Below are positions 1-13,259 of a stretch of 64,000 nucleotides of DNA, piece by piece. The notes beneath the pieces were generated by a model. The model searched no databases and had not been told where the DNA came from. It saw nothing but the letters and a program-made list of their open reading frames with translations. The stretch lies in assembly GCF_009914755.1 (NCBI RefSeq), contig NC_060935.1; one strand, given 5' to 3'. The stretch's first letter is position 1; each line of letters opens with the position of its first letter. Position numbers and translations under genes: made by a program. Origin of the DNA: the human T2T-CHM13v2.0 reference genome, Homo sapiens.

Positions 1-822
1 CACATTCTGAGCAGAAGCAGCACAGGAACAGGCATGTTCTAAAAGGAAAAGCATTCGCCTGTATACCTTTCAAGCTGGAAGGAAGGGAGGAAGATAAGAA
101 GCAGTACACCACTTCAGGAATTTGCAAAATAGGCTAGGAAAGAGAATAAAACCTACAGTGTATGACAACAGCATGAAAAAGGAAGGACAGTATATGAATG
201 TAAACGACACAGAGGTAGAAGAGACAGATATGATCAACTGGATTGGATGCATGAACAACATGAAGTCAAGAATGCTCCTGCAGTTTTTGCTTCCACCTTA
301 ACTGAGGTATAGTTAACCCAAAGTAAACTGCACATATTTAAAATGTACATTTTGATAAAACACCCATGAAACTATTACCACAATCAAGATTATAATATAT
401 CCATCAACCCCAAAAGTTTCCTTATATCTCTTTGTAATCCTTCCTTCCCCCTATCCTCCCATCACTGCTCCTCGGGCAATTACTCATCTACTTTTTATCA
501 CGATATATTACTTTCCATTTTCTATAATTTTACATAAATGAAGTCTTATGTAATATACTCTTTTTTGTCTGCCTTCTTTCATGCAGCATATCTTTGAGGA
601 TCACTCATGTTGCTGTATTTATCAACTGTGTATTCCTTTCATTGCTAAGTAATATTCTATTGTATGGACACCACCATTTGTCTATTAATCTGCTGTTGAC
701 AGATATTAGGGTCGTTTCCAGTTTTAAACTATTACATATAAAGATGCTATGAACATTCATGTATGAGTTTCTATATGGACACATGCTTTTTCTGTAAACA
801 GTTAGATCGTGTGGTAAGTGTA

Positions 823-1015
823 CAGTAATTCCTCCCTTAACGTCATTGATGTTCACATTGGAAACTGTGAACTGACTTACTCTGTGCTGTGGGAACTTAA
901 TTCTTATTTATATCAACTAGCCAATGATAAAATTGGTTTCATTAGACAGTATGTCATTTTGCTTAAAGTTGCAGTTTCCAAGAACCAACCAACAACATTA
1001 AGTGATGACTTACTG
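823..1015. mobile_element. TcMar-Tigger family MITE (MER6-like)
   Basis: Terminal inverted repeats cagtaattcctcccttaacgt / acattaagtgatgacttactg, preceded by TA. Confidence 0.7.
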
Positions 1016-1293
1016 AGTGTTTAACTTGAGAAACTGCTAAACTGTTTTCAAATGAGTTGTGACATCTTAAATTCCCACCAGCACTGTATGAGAATTCCAA
1101 TTCTTCCACATCCTTGCAATTTTAATAAGTATGAATCAATACCTCATTGTTGTTTTAACCTACATTTCTCGAATGACTATTGATGTTGGATATCTATGTA
1201 TTAATTTGCCATTCATATATCCTTTTGATGATATCTCTTCCAATCTTTGCCTATTTTTTAAATTGAATTGCTTTCTTCTTTAATTTTGAGAGT

Positions 1294-1422
1294 TTTTGTT
1301 TTTTAAAAAATAGCATCTCAGTATGTTGCCCAGGCTGGCCTCAAATTCATGGGCTCAAGCAATCCTCCTGCCTCAGCCTCCCAAGTAGCCGGGACTACAG
1401 GCACATGCTACTGAGCTTGCCC
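1294..1422 (-). mobile_element. Alu monomer (FLAM/AluJ-like)
   Basis: gttgcccaggctggcctcaaattcatgggctcaagcaatcctcctgcctcagcctccc. Confidence 0.8.
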
Positions 1423-1560
1423 AGTGAGAGTTCTTTGTATGTTCTGATACAAATCCTTTATCAGATATAATCACTGCAAATATTTTCTCCCAGTCTGTGG
1501 TTTGTCTTTCTGTACTAGTAAATATGACTTCCAAAGAGCCGAAAGTTTTTTTAAAAAAAT

Positions 1561-2429
1561 TAATTATTTCTTTATTATACTTTAAGTTCTGGGATACATG
1601 TGCAGAACAGGCAGGTTTGTTACATAGGTATACATGTGCCATGGTGGTTTGCTGCACCCATCAACTTGTCATCTACATTAGGTATTTCTCCTAATGCTAT
1701 CCGTTCCCTAGTCCCCCACCCCACAACAGGCCCATGTGTGATGCTCCCATCCCTGTGTCCATGTGTTCTCACTGTTCAACTCCTGCTTATGAGTGAGAAC
1801 ACGTGGTGTTTGGTTTTCTGTTCCTGTGTTAGTTTGCTGAGAATGATGGTTTCCAGCGTCATCCATGTCCCTGCAAAGGACATGAACCCATCCTTTTTTT
1901 ATGGCTGCATAGTATTCCATGGTATATATGTGCCACATTTTCTTTATTCAGTCTATCATTGATGGGCATTTGGGTTGGTTCCAAGTCTTTGCTATTGTGA
2001 ACAATGCTGCAATAAACATACATGTGCATGTGTCTTTATAGTAGAATAATTTATAATCCTTTGGGTATATATCCAGTAATGAGATTGCTGAGTCAAATGG
2101 TATTTCTGGTTCTAGATCCTTGAGGAACTGCCACACTGTCTTCCATAATGGTTGAACTAATTTATACTCCCGCCAACAGTGTAAAAGCGTTCCTATTTCT
2201 CCACATCCTCTCCAGCATCTGTTGTTTCCTGACTTTTTAATAATCGCCATTCTAACTGGTGTGGGATGGTATCTCACTGTGGTTTTGATTTGCATTTCTC
2301 TAATGACCAGTGATGATGAGCTTTTTCTCTTATGTTTGTTGGTCACATAAATGTCTTCTTTTGAGAAGTGTCTGTTTATATCCTTTGCCCACTTTTTGAT
2401 GGGTTTGTTTTCTTGTAAATTTGTTTAAG
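1561..2429 (-). mobile_element. 5'-truncated L1PA (about PA7/8) 3' end
   Basis: Typical L1PA tail ttattatactttaagttctgggatacatgtgcagaac. ORF 1948..2346 is the L1 ORF2 C-terminus ([15 protein letters not shown]). Degenerate TSD aagagc(c/a)gaa(a)gttttt. Confidence 0.9.
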
Positions 2430-2591
2430 AGCAGAAGTTTTAAATTTTGATGAAATTAAATTATTTTTATGAATTGTTCTTCTGACGTCACATTAAAGAA
2501 ATCTTTGCCTAATCCAAAGCCACAAAAGTTTTCTCCTATGTTTTCTTCTTGAAGTTTTACAGTTTATACTTTATAAACATTTAGGTATATT

Positions 2592-2960
<369 letters not shown>

Positions 2961-3926
2961 TTATACTTTATAAACATTTAGGTATATTATCTATTTTAAT
3001 TTTTGTAGATGGTAAAATAAATAAAGTTTACTTTGGAGACGTCTGGATATCCAAGTGTTCCACTGCCATTACATCTCTTCACTGAACTGACTTTTGAACT
3101 TTGCTGAAAATCAGTTGTCCATGTGTACAACTGTATGTATGTATTTCAGGACTGTCTATTCTTTCCCACTGATCTACTTATCTATCTTTCCACCAATACC
3201 ACACTCTCTTGAAAACTGTAGCTTTGTAGTAAATCTTCAGTTAGTGTTAGTTCTCCAACTTTGTTCTTTTTCAAATTTGTTTTGGCTATTATATTCCAGG
3301 TCCTTTGCATTTCCATTTGAATTGTTTAACTTGCTTGTATATTTCTACACAAGAGCCTGCCTGGGATTTTGACTTAGATCAATATGGGAAGAAACGTCAT
3401 CTTAAAAAATATACAGTCTTCCAACCCATAAAAACAGTATATCTCTCCATTTATTTGGATCTTCTTTAATGTCTCTTAGCAATGTTCTGTAGTTTTCAGT
3501 ATATAGCTCTTTCACATCTTTTTTTTTTTCAGATACAGTCCTAAGTATTTCCTATTTTTAGTACTATTATACATGGGTTTTATACATTTTCTGACTGAAG
3601 TGAATGCTGCAAGTCTGTGGACTACATTTAGGATAACAAGGTCTTCACATAGTTGTCCCAAGTATTTATATTTAAAAACATACTGTGTATTTTAAATACA
3701 TAAATTACTTTCCTTTTATTTCTCCTTTATATCTGAAAATTTATGCTGACTTTTTTGAAAGTGTATATTAATGGAAGTAGTTAAATAATTTGTAAATTCC
3801 ATTTTAGAATGACAAAAAAGGATTTTAGAAAATACTTGTCATAAAGAGGGGGTATTAGGGTTTAATAAGATTAAGAACTACTGCCACAGCCATTTTGTCA
3901 ATAATTTCTATAAAATTGAGTGTTTA

Positions 3927-4042
3927 CATGTATACATATGTAACAAACCTGCACATTGTGCACATGTACCCTAGAACTTAAAGTATAATAAAAAAAAGAA
4001 AAAAACTAAAAACAAATAAAGTGTTCTTTAATGCTGATTTAA
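3927..4042 (+). mobile_element. Extremely 5'-truncated L1PA 3' tip with short extra 3' sequence
   Basis: catgtatacatatgtaacaaacctgcacattgtgcacatgtaccctagaacttaaagtataataaa. Perfect 15-bp TSD aaaattgagtgttta at 3912-3926 and 4043-4057. Confidence 0.9.
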
Positions 4043-4249
4043 AAAATTGAGTGTTTAAGCCTCGGTTGGTAAGACATATTCTGATGTTATAAATTAACAA
4101 AAAGCTATCAAGTAGGAAATTTATCTCCAACATCAATATATCTAATGGCACTAATAAGAAAAAGTAGCAACAAATAAAACATAAATTAAGAAAATGTATT
4201 TATTTCTATGTCCCAAAAGGAAAAGAAATACAAAATTAAAAGTCATCAC

Positions 4250-4660
4250 GCTTGTATTCTGGTCCTGGCTATACCACGTACTTACTGTCTTTGTGAAACA
4301 GAAAAATTTATCTAAATTTGTCTCCAGATTTCTACCATTTTAAAATGATAGTTTAGAACCAGATGGTCCACTATCATCATCCACTATAGAAAAATCTATG
4401 ATTCACACAAGTAAACAAGCAGAGCCACTATTATTCATTAAATTATTACCATGCTCTGTTATATGCCTAAAATGCATAGGCTTCAACAGAAACTCTGCAA
4501 TATACAGTGTAATGACAAAGGGCTAGTTGTTTAACCCTTTATGCTTTAGTTTCTTCATCTAAAATGAGATCATTATAGTACCTTCATGGAGTTGTGGAAT
4601 TAAAAGGTTAGTGGTAAGCACTTCGAAAAGCACACCTAAGTACTCAAGAAATGTTAGCAA
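4250..4660. mobile_element. MIR fragments (further MIR pieces near 10.1, 11.2, 11.8, 13.7, 15.1, 21.0, 40.9, 42.6 and 45.7 kb)
   Basis: MIR core motifs such as agtttcttcatctaaaatg and cccattttacaaatgaggaaactgag. Confidence 0.6.
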
Positions 4661-6180
4661 TTTATTTCATTTGCATTATCACATAATTCCCCTTCTCTTG
4701 AAATTATGTCACAGATGAAAACTCACAGTATAATATGATTTCCCATTACTTAACTGGAGAGTAAACATTTTGCTCTATTTGATTTTGAATAATGAAAAGA
4801 TGCAGCTTTGGATTCTAGGATATTACATGAATATGATAGTTTTTACATAAATAAGCAGAGAAATAAGCAAATCCATTAAGCTACTATACAAGATAAGGTT
4901 TCTGAATATCTGCCCCTTGAAATAAAGATGATTTCTCTAAAACTAAGTTACCTGGAGCCACATTATACTCTTGAGGTAAAAAAAAAAAACTGTGCTGTCC
5001 AAGAATCGCTTCTCTGATACTTGTGCACGAAAACTCACAATATTTGGGGATAACTATGAAAAACGAAATAGGTGATCCTTGATCATCTCATGGAAAACCA
5101 AGAGAACATGGGGTATATAAAATTCTGTCACTCTCTAAGTGAGATTCTAGCCATTAGATTAACTGTGTCCCAGATGTGCTTTACGGAAGATTTTCTGAGG
5201 GGAGGGAGAAACAAAACACAATTTCTAAACTGTGTCTGATTGCTCCCTTTACCTGCACACAAGATAAACAGTGCGAGCCTACATCAGCAGTTCTCATGTT
5301 CTGTGCATAATAATCATCTGAAAAACCTGTTAAAATTCAGACTCCTGACCCCATCCCCTGAGATTCTGATGATCAATACCCATTTTTATCACGTTTCTCT
5401 CATTCAGATACCAATGGCTCCTAGCTAAAACTCTGAGAGACACTGCACATAACAAACAATCCTAAAATATATTAACATGTTGTATTTGTGTAATGCCTTT
5501 ACCTAGAAAAAAGGGTTTTCTGAGGTATCACCTCATATTTCTAACAATCATTTACAGACAAGAACACAAATCTATTAATAATGCCAGTTAGTTTAAAAAT
5601 AAAAAAAAGGGAAGAGTTTTTACTTTTACTTTCTGAAGTATATTATATGATGAAATACCTCAGACAACAAAGATGAGAGATTCAATATACTCCTTAGGTG
5701 ACAAATAAAAAACACAGATTTCAAAATTTCAAATTACTGTAGTTAATATAATTTCACACTTCCTACTCCCAGAAGTGTAAGAAAAGAAAGAGAGTCACAG
5801 TATAATTTAAACACATGGATGAACTTATCCTTCTGTTCCCACGGCTAAATTATGGTCTGGGCTAGTGCAATACTTAGAATAGAACTTGGCAAAATGCAGG
5901 TGAGTAGCAGAATTGACCTGCAGCACACATGGACCAAAATAGTCTTAGATCCTACCCCACAACGACTGAAACGAACTGCAGGGCTTAGGCCCTGGGATTT
6001 GATATTTAAACATAGCCTCCTTTAAACATTCAAGTTTAAGAGTCAGTGGCAAAGGGAGAATAAAAAGAATTACTGGTAACAAAATGAAGAGAGCAGAACA
6101 GCACCCTTCAATACATTTGGTAAACACTATTCCTCAAACTAACTTTATGTGTTGGACCTATTAGAATGGCTATTTTTTTT

Positions 6181-7195
6181 AAACTGGCAATTATCAAATG
6201 TTGGTGAGGATGTGGAACAGCAGAAACTCTCATTCACTGCTAGTAACAATGCAAAATGATACAGGCACTTTGGCAGACAGTGTTGTGGCTTCTCACCAAA
6301 TTCAACATACTCTTACCATATGATCCAGCAATGATATTCCTTGGTATTTACTCAAAAGACTTGAAAACTTATGTCCACACAATAACTTGCACATAGATGT
6401 TTATAGCAGTTTCATTCATAATTGCTAAAAACATGAAAGCAACCACAAGGTCCTTCAATACTTGAATATATAAACTGTGGCATATCCATGACACTGAATA
6501 TTAGATAGTGATTCAAAAAGAAGCTATCAAGCCAGAGAAAGACACAGAGGAACCTTAAATGCATATTACTAAGTAAAAGAAGCCAGTCTGAAAAGGCCAC
6601 ATACTATACGATTCCAACAATACGGATATTTTGGAAAAGACATGACAGTGAAAGATCACAGGTTGTGAAGGGTTCAGCAGGAAAGGAAAAATAGGAGAAG
6701 CACAGGAGATTTTTAGGGCAATAAAACTATTCAGTATGAAAACTATAATGGTGGATACATGCTATTACGCATTTGTCAAAACCCAGAGAATGCACACCAA
6801 GAGGGAACTCTAACATAAACAATGGACTTTAGTTAATAATAGTATATCAATATTGATTCATTAATTATAACAAAAAGTAAGCCCCAAAATTGTTTCAACA
6901 GTTGCAAGGTATGATTTGAGACTGTATTTTTTTCTGTGTGATTCTGGCCCTGGTGCTCCTTAGACCACTCTTCTAGAAACAGAGTGCTCAGTCAGTGCTG
7001 TAGGTAAACTCAGCTAATCAGCTGATGGTTGGTAAAGATCAGCATTTTGCTGATTCTATTCAATGTACTGTAAAGCAAATGTGAATGACAGGAAGGTATA
7101 GGTGAGGGGAGTGGGCAGGGGTATTACATGAAACTCTGAACTATCTGCTCAATTATTCTGTAAATCTGTAACTATACAAAAATCAAGTCTATTGA
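6181..7195 (+). mobile_element. L1MC-class 3' end
   Basis: gaggatgtggaacagcagaaactctcattcactgc ... gtggatacatgctattacgcatttgtcaaaaccc ... tctgctcaattattctgtaaa. Confidence 0.8.
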
Positions 7196-7196
7196 T

Positions 7197-7459
7197 TATT
7201 ATTTTTATTTTTGACAAGGTCTGGCTCTTGGCTCACTGCAACCTCCACCTGCCAGGCTCACGTGGTCCTCCTGCCTCAGCCTCCCAAGCAGCTTAGACTA
7301 TAGACATGTACCACTTCGCCTGGGTCAGTTTTATAATTTTAGTAGAGATGAGGTTTCACCATGTTGGCCAGGCTGGTCTCAAATTCCGGGGTCCAAGCAA
7401 TCTTCCCACTTTGGCCTCCCAAAGTGCTAGGATTACAGGTATGAGGAACCACATCCAGC
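7197..7459 (-). mobile_element. AluJ-like element with internal deletion
   Basis: ggctcactgcaacctccacc ... ggcctcccaaagtgctaggattacagg. Confidence 0.85.
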
Positions 7460-8376
7460 TCTATTTTTAAAATATTAAAATCACAATACCACCACTATAT
7501 AGCATGAGTTCACAGCAATATTAAGGAAGGACCACTGCACAGAGACTTGTGCCTTCTCATGCCCTGACAGCTGGCCAGAAAGGAGATCACACACACATAG
7601 TGTGACCTTGACAAAAGAAAACTGGAGTCCAGATCACATGCCATGAACACATCGAGCTGAGCAGAGCTGCAAATGCAGACATATCGGGCCTGGGTGTCAA
7701 CAACGAGCTTCAGAAAGTGTTGCAGCAGCGCTCAAGAGGGTGACACCTCAGCTCACTCAGCCTCCATCATGGGAAGCAGTAGCCCACATCCTTGCTCCTC
7801 TTCCCTTCTCTCCTGAGAGAGGCCTGCACTAAGTCATCTCAATCCCTAGGAAAACCACCGGTGACAGCCAACACCAAGACGAGGCCCTCGTTTCCTTTAC
7901 ACTGCTAGGGAAGACACTGCCACCTCTGTGACGCACAGCCTCCTCCGTGTTCTGCAGCCGGAGCCCAGTTGACAGGGTTCACATGTAACCAGAGCCAGGC
8001 GAGCTGGCTGACCGAGGTGCATGCTGTTCCCCGCCTGGCCTGTGCACCTGCTGACAGAAGCATCAGTGGGTCATCGGACATCCTCTCGGCAGAAGACATA
8101 TGCAACACTGTGCTCCAGTGTAACCTCCTCTAGGAAGCCCTCCTGCACCTTCCAGGGAATCCTGGTGAGCCCTACTCCCTACTCATCAGAGAGACCCCAA
8201 GGAGAGTACTGAGGTCTGCTAGTCCTCCATGTCCTGCCTGCCTTGAGCCTGAAACCAGCCTGGCTCAGGTAGGGACCTGTTCCCCACCAAGTCTATGTAA
8301 GAGAGTCCCTCAGGTGCCTTCAGGCCAGCCCTAAAGGTGGCTCAACCAGCTTCTCCATTCAGGACTGGTTGACATC

Positions 8377-8997
8377 TATTATGGGCTAAAAATTGTGCCC
8401 CTCTCCCCCAAAATTCATAATGTTGAATTCCTAACCCCCAGAAACTCAGGATGCGACTACAGTCATTTCTCAACATAGCTGGGGGATTGGTTCCAGAACC
8501 CCCTCATATAGCCAAATCCACACATACTCAAATCCCACGTCATATTCCAAAAGCCTGCCCTCCATATATGAGGGTTTCACATCCCACAAATACTGTATTT
8601 TCAATAGCGTTTGATAAAAAAAAAAAAAAAAAAATCTGTGTATTAGTGGACTCGCAAAGGTCAAACACACGTTGTTCATGGATTAACTGCGTATTTAGAG
8701 ATGGGAACTTTTAAAGAGGTAATTAGGTTAAATGAGGTGGCCCCTAACCTAATCTGACTGATGTCCTTACAAGAAGAAGGGATTAGGACACAGACAAACA
8801 CAGAGAGGAAAGGCCATGTAAGGACACGCAAGAAAGTGACCATCTGTGAGCCAAGGAGAGAAGCCTTTTGAAAAAAACTAAACCTTCTGGTACCTTAACT
8901 TCTAGCTTCCAGAACTGTAGGAAAATATATTTGCTATTAATTTTTAAGCCACCCAGTTTGTGGTATTTTACTACGGTAGCCCTAGCAAATGAACACA
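8377..8997 (+). mobile_element. MaLR LTR (MLT1A/B-like), split by MER8
   Basis: tatgggctaaaaattgtgccc ... gaggtaattaggttaaatgagg ... ttaagccacccagtttgtggtattttactacggtagccctagcaaa. Confidence 0.8.
8460..8689. mobile_element. MER8 (Tigger2-derived MITE)
   Basis: cagtc...gggggattggttccagaacccc ... tcaaacacacgttgttcatggattaactg. Confidence 0.8.
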
Positions 8998-9090
8998 GTA
9001 CCTAACAGACCAATTAAGGGATGAATAAATCCTAGAAACAGCTCCCACTGGCAGAAGTATCAGTGGGTCATCTGTTATGCCCAATAACAG

Positions 9091-9098
9091 AAAAAAAA

Positions 9099-9173
<75 letters not shown>

Positions 9174-9175
9174 CT
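9091..9175. repeat. Compound microsatellite A-run/(TA)n(CA)n(CT)n(TA)n, followed by a 26-bp direct repeat (9206-9231 / 9242-9267)
   Basis: Directly visible in the sequence. Confidence 0.95.
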
Positions 9176-10409
9176 CATATACAATCATATATATGTGATT
9201 ATTTGCCCCCATCCATATCAGAATATATGAATATATGATATCCCCCATCCATATCAGAATATATGAAGTACCAGGAATTCAGACATAATTTACATTAGAG
9301 AAATTTTATAACTCTAGATATTATCCTTCTAACAGGAGTCATGAAAAATCTTCTTATAAAGAACATGTTTCCCTATTAACTTTAGACTGTTGGCTGGCTT
9401 TTCAAAATTAAAATTTTAAAATAGCTTTTGATGTATCTACTACACAAAGTGAGGTCCACTAGTAAGCTAAACTCATGGTTTTCACCCCTACTGAGGCCCC
9501 TCAGGGCTGCTGCAGAAGGCCTGAAGGAGGCCAGCCAGGTGGGCTGCATGGGGATAAGGCCCAGCGTTTCCCACTTAAACCAATCAGGGCAGCTCCATGG
9601 TTACTTTTTCTTGCACTGAGGTTCTGCGCATGATTCTGTTTGATTAGTAATTCCACTGGATTAAAAGAAAAAGTATAAAAACCACCTAACTAAGCTATTA
9701 TTTCAGTTAAACTTGACAATCAGGATGTGGAAAGATGTCTGATGTACAGTTACCATGATTGTCTTCCTCTCTCAACAGAGTGTCTCCCAGGAGGAGCACA
9801 CGCTTACAATTTAAAAATACCTAACAAAGGTAGGGGACATCATGAACAGTCTGAAGAGTTTTTCTCCAGCATACAATTGATTAATCATCACACAAAAACA
9901 TAACACGCAGTAACAGCAATGTTCCCACCAGTAAACATGTATGCTTTGCAGTCCACAGTTGGCTAATCTTTACACTATATTTCTTGCTGGTTGAGCAGGA
10001 AAGATGTTCCTTTCCATATGGTAGAAAACTGACATGAAGAACGTTAATAATCTGAGAGTGAATGTAAAAATCATGCTTAGTGCTCTTCAGGCAATGAGAT
10101 GGAGCAGACTTAGATCTCAGTCCCTACTCCCTTCACTTAACTGACTTAGCATCCTGACTACTTATTAAACCTCTCAAAAACTGTTTTCTCTCCATAAAAA
10201 TGGAGGACAGTAACTACCTAGAAGCTTTGTGAAATTAAAGAAAACACTGCATGTAAAGTACTGAGCTATACTTTGCAGGTAACAGATGCTCAACATGTCT
10301 CCTCTTTCACACCTTTCCCTGCAATTAACCATGAGTGCTCTTAGAAATGGACTAATGTGTAGAAACAGCAAGGAATGCTGAACTGTGGATTCCTGCCTTA
10401 AAATACTGA

Positions 10410-10719
<310 letters not shown>

Positions 10720-11257
10720 GAATTTCTTTTTAAAAAAAGTTTGACAGTAACATTTAAAGACTTGTTCCTGGTTACACGGGCACCCCCCACATCAATACCT
10801 CTTCTCACAGGCACACTCCAACATGATCCATGGAGATACGATTGCCTTTCTAAGACCAATCAAGATGAAAAATAGCATTCCTATAGGAAAGATTTTTCAT
10901 TATCGGTTACAAATCAATCTTTGAAGTTAGAAATTTCGTTTTTGTTTTCAATAATTTGTTTTGGCAATAAACTGATGTTTAACTAGTTTTAGACTAGTTA
11001 ATTTATACTCACTTTGAAAAGAATTAGTTTGTTTAGGCAATGAACTAATTGTGTGCGTCTCAACAAAACTCTGGGGTATAAAGCTATACACTTAGCACAC
11101 AATCAGTACTGAATAAATATCTGTTACATAAACAAAGGGAAGACAATCATAGAATTTAAATGTTGAGAAGGAATAGAGAGATTTTAAGTGAAACCCTCTG
11201 ATTTTAAGAAGAAACTCAAATCCAAAAAAAGCAAATGACTTCCCTAAGGTGTTACAC

Positions 11258-11289
<32 letters not shown>

Positions 11290-11314
11290 GATAGACAGAC
11301 AGACAGACAGACAG
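11258..11314. repeat. (GATA)n(GACA)n tetranucleotide STR inside a MIR
   Basis: Directly visible in the sequence. Confidence 0.95.
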
Positions 11315-12242
11315 AAGTTAGTAGTAACATCAAGACCACAACATAACTATTATTTTAAAGCCAAATTAATCTTTTGATCATCTTTGAGACCCTTAAGTCT
11401 ATTGTTCATTTCCACTAACATGAAGAACTGACTCCTTAATAGGAAAAAGATAACTGTAGTGTTCTATTTAGTTTTATATTTAATCAAAAGCACTTATTCA
11501 TAGCTGGTAAGAAATCAGAGCACAGATGGAGGGGGATCCCAATAGCACAAACAAGAAGAGTTCTGGGGTAATGTGATAGGGTTTTTCTGGTCTTAACAAC
11601 CAAATTAAATTACTATAGATGCTTTCATAATAGGGAAAGGGATAGATAAAATTAAACTTGTAAAATAAAAACCAGAATTCTTTAAATTTAAAAATCAACA
11701 CTTATTGATAAAAAAAAATATATACATCAGACCTGGTCTAATAAGCATGTTCTATTTTTATTCTCACATATTTAATCTTCAAGATAATCATGTGAGGTAA
11801 ACAATAGTCCCATAATCCCCATTTTACAAATGAGGAAACTGAGACACAGAGAATTAAACAATTTGCCCGAGACAACACAGGATTAAAACCCAGACAATCT
11901 GGAGCCAGAGCCCACTCTTATCCACCATCTTATAATGTTTTAAATTGTATTATTATGTTTTAATAAAAAATATATTTTATAAAAAGCTAATAATTCATTT
12001 TTATTTAATATGTAGTTAGAACTCAAAGTATTTATACAATGCTTATCAAATTTCTAACAATATAGCAGGAGCATTTTATTTATGTAGTATTTAGTAACAC
12101 TTGTATAAGTAGACCACAAAAAACCACAGGCTATATGTTAAGGATACAACTTTAAGGCATTTTCAGAGACTCCTCATAAAAAGTAGTTGCTAAGTCAGTC
12201 TAATAGATGTTATTATCAGGTCTCAAAACTGTTTAGCCATAA

Positions 12243-12727
12243 AGTAGTCCCTCCTTATCTGCAAGAAATATGTTCCAAGACCACTCAGGGAATGCCTGAA
12301 ATCACAGATAGTACCAAACCCTAGGATACTTTTTCCTATACATGCATACGTATGATAAAGTTTAATTTATCAATTAGGCACAGTAAGAGATTCATTACAA
12401 TAACTAATAATCGACTAAAACAATTAAGTCAAATAAGGATTACTTGAACACAGCACCTTAATACCTCAACAGTCAACCTGATAACTGAGAGGGCTACTGA
12501 ATGACTAATGGGGCAGGCAGCATCTACAGTGTGGATATGCTGGACAAAGGGATGATTCACGTCCGGGGTGGGACAGAGAGAGATTTTATCACACTACTCA
12601 GAACAGCATGCAGTTTAAAATTTATGAATTATTTATTTTTGGAATTATCCATTTAATGTTTTCGAACCTTGGTTAACCTCAGGTAACTGAAACCATGGAA
12701 AGGGAAACCGTAGATAAGGGACTACTG
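12243..12727. mobile_element. MER44 (Tigger7-derived MITE)
   Basis: TIRs agtagtccctccttatc / gataagggactactg. Internal tatgataaagtttaatttatcaattaggcacagtaagaga. Confidence 0.85.
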
Positions 12728-13181
12728 AATATAGAAAAAGAAATGAGATTGCTTTAGATTCTGTTGTTCTGTAATTAAAAGTAAGTTTACATAACAGTTA
12801 CAATGCCTTTTTATAGAGAAATATTAATCAAACTGACTTAATTCCAGAGAGGAAATATATGTGAATCCCGATTAACAACCTGTATTAAAAGCAAGGTCAC
12901 TCCACAGGCCTTGTAACCTAAAAGTGGCCATGAGGTCTGAGATGCTATTCACATTTTGGCTTCACCACCATTTAAAGATGAAAAAGGAGATAAGAAACAA
13001 CCAAAATAGTAATTAGAAAAGGAAATCTAAATCTATTATCATTACTATCTGCATTTTCTATCGTTGCAGACAAAATTTCTGATGACAAAGTCCATTACCA
13101 GCACATGTAAACAAAAGTATTACTGAATCATAAAGAAAACTTTCCTTTGAATTTTCCCACACCTAATTTGCTGCTGCCTAC

Positions 13182-13259
13182 CTGGAATCCGTGCTTGCCT
13201 CTCCACCATGTGCTTAACACTTTCGGGGGCATGTCAATAACAGAAACAATGTCTCCCAC
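13182..13259 (-). CDS. ARHGAP32: ARHGAP32 coding exon, 78 nt: VGDIVSVIDMPPKVLSTWWRGKHGFQ (SH3 domain)
   Basis: ttttgattctcctag|GTGGGA...TTCCAG|gtaggc. Carries the SH3 GD..I.V and WWRG motifs. Phase 0-0. Confidence 0.97.

Noticed and set aside
11498-11701. Possible next ARHGAP32 exon (expected VGLFPGHCVEL...)
   Set aside because: The translation does not match. I did not find that exon in 1-13181, so it probably lies beyond the window.
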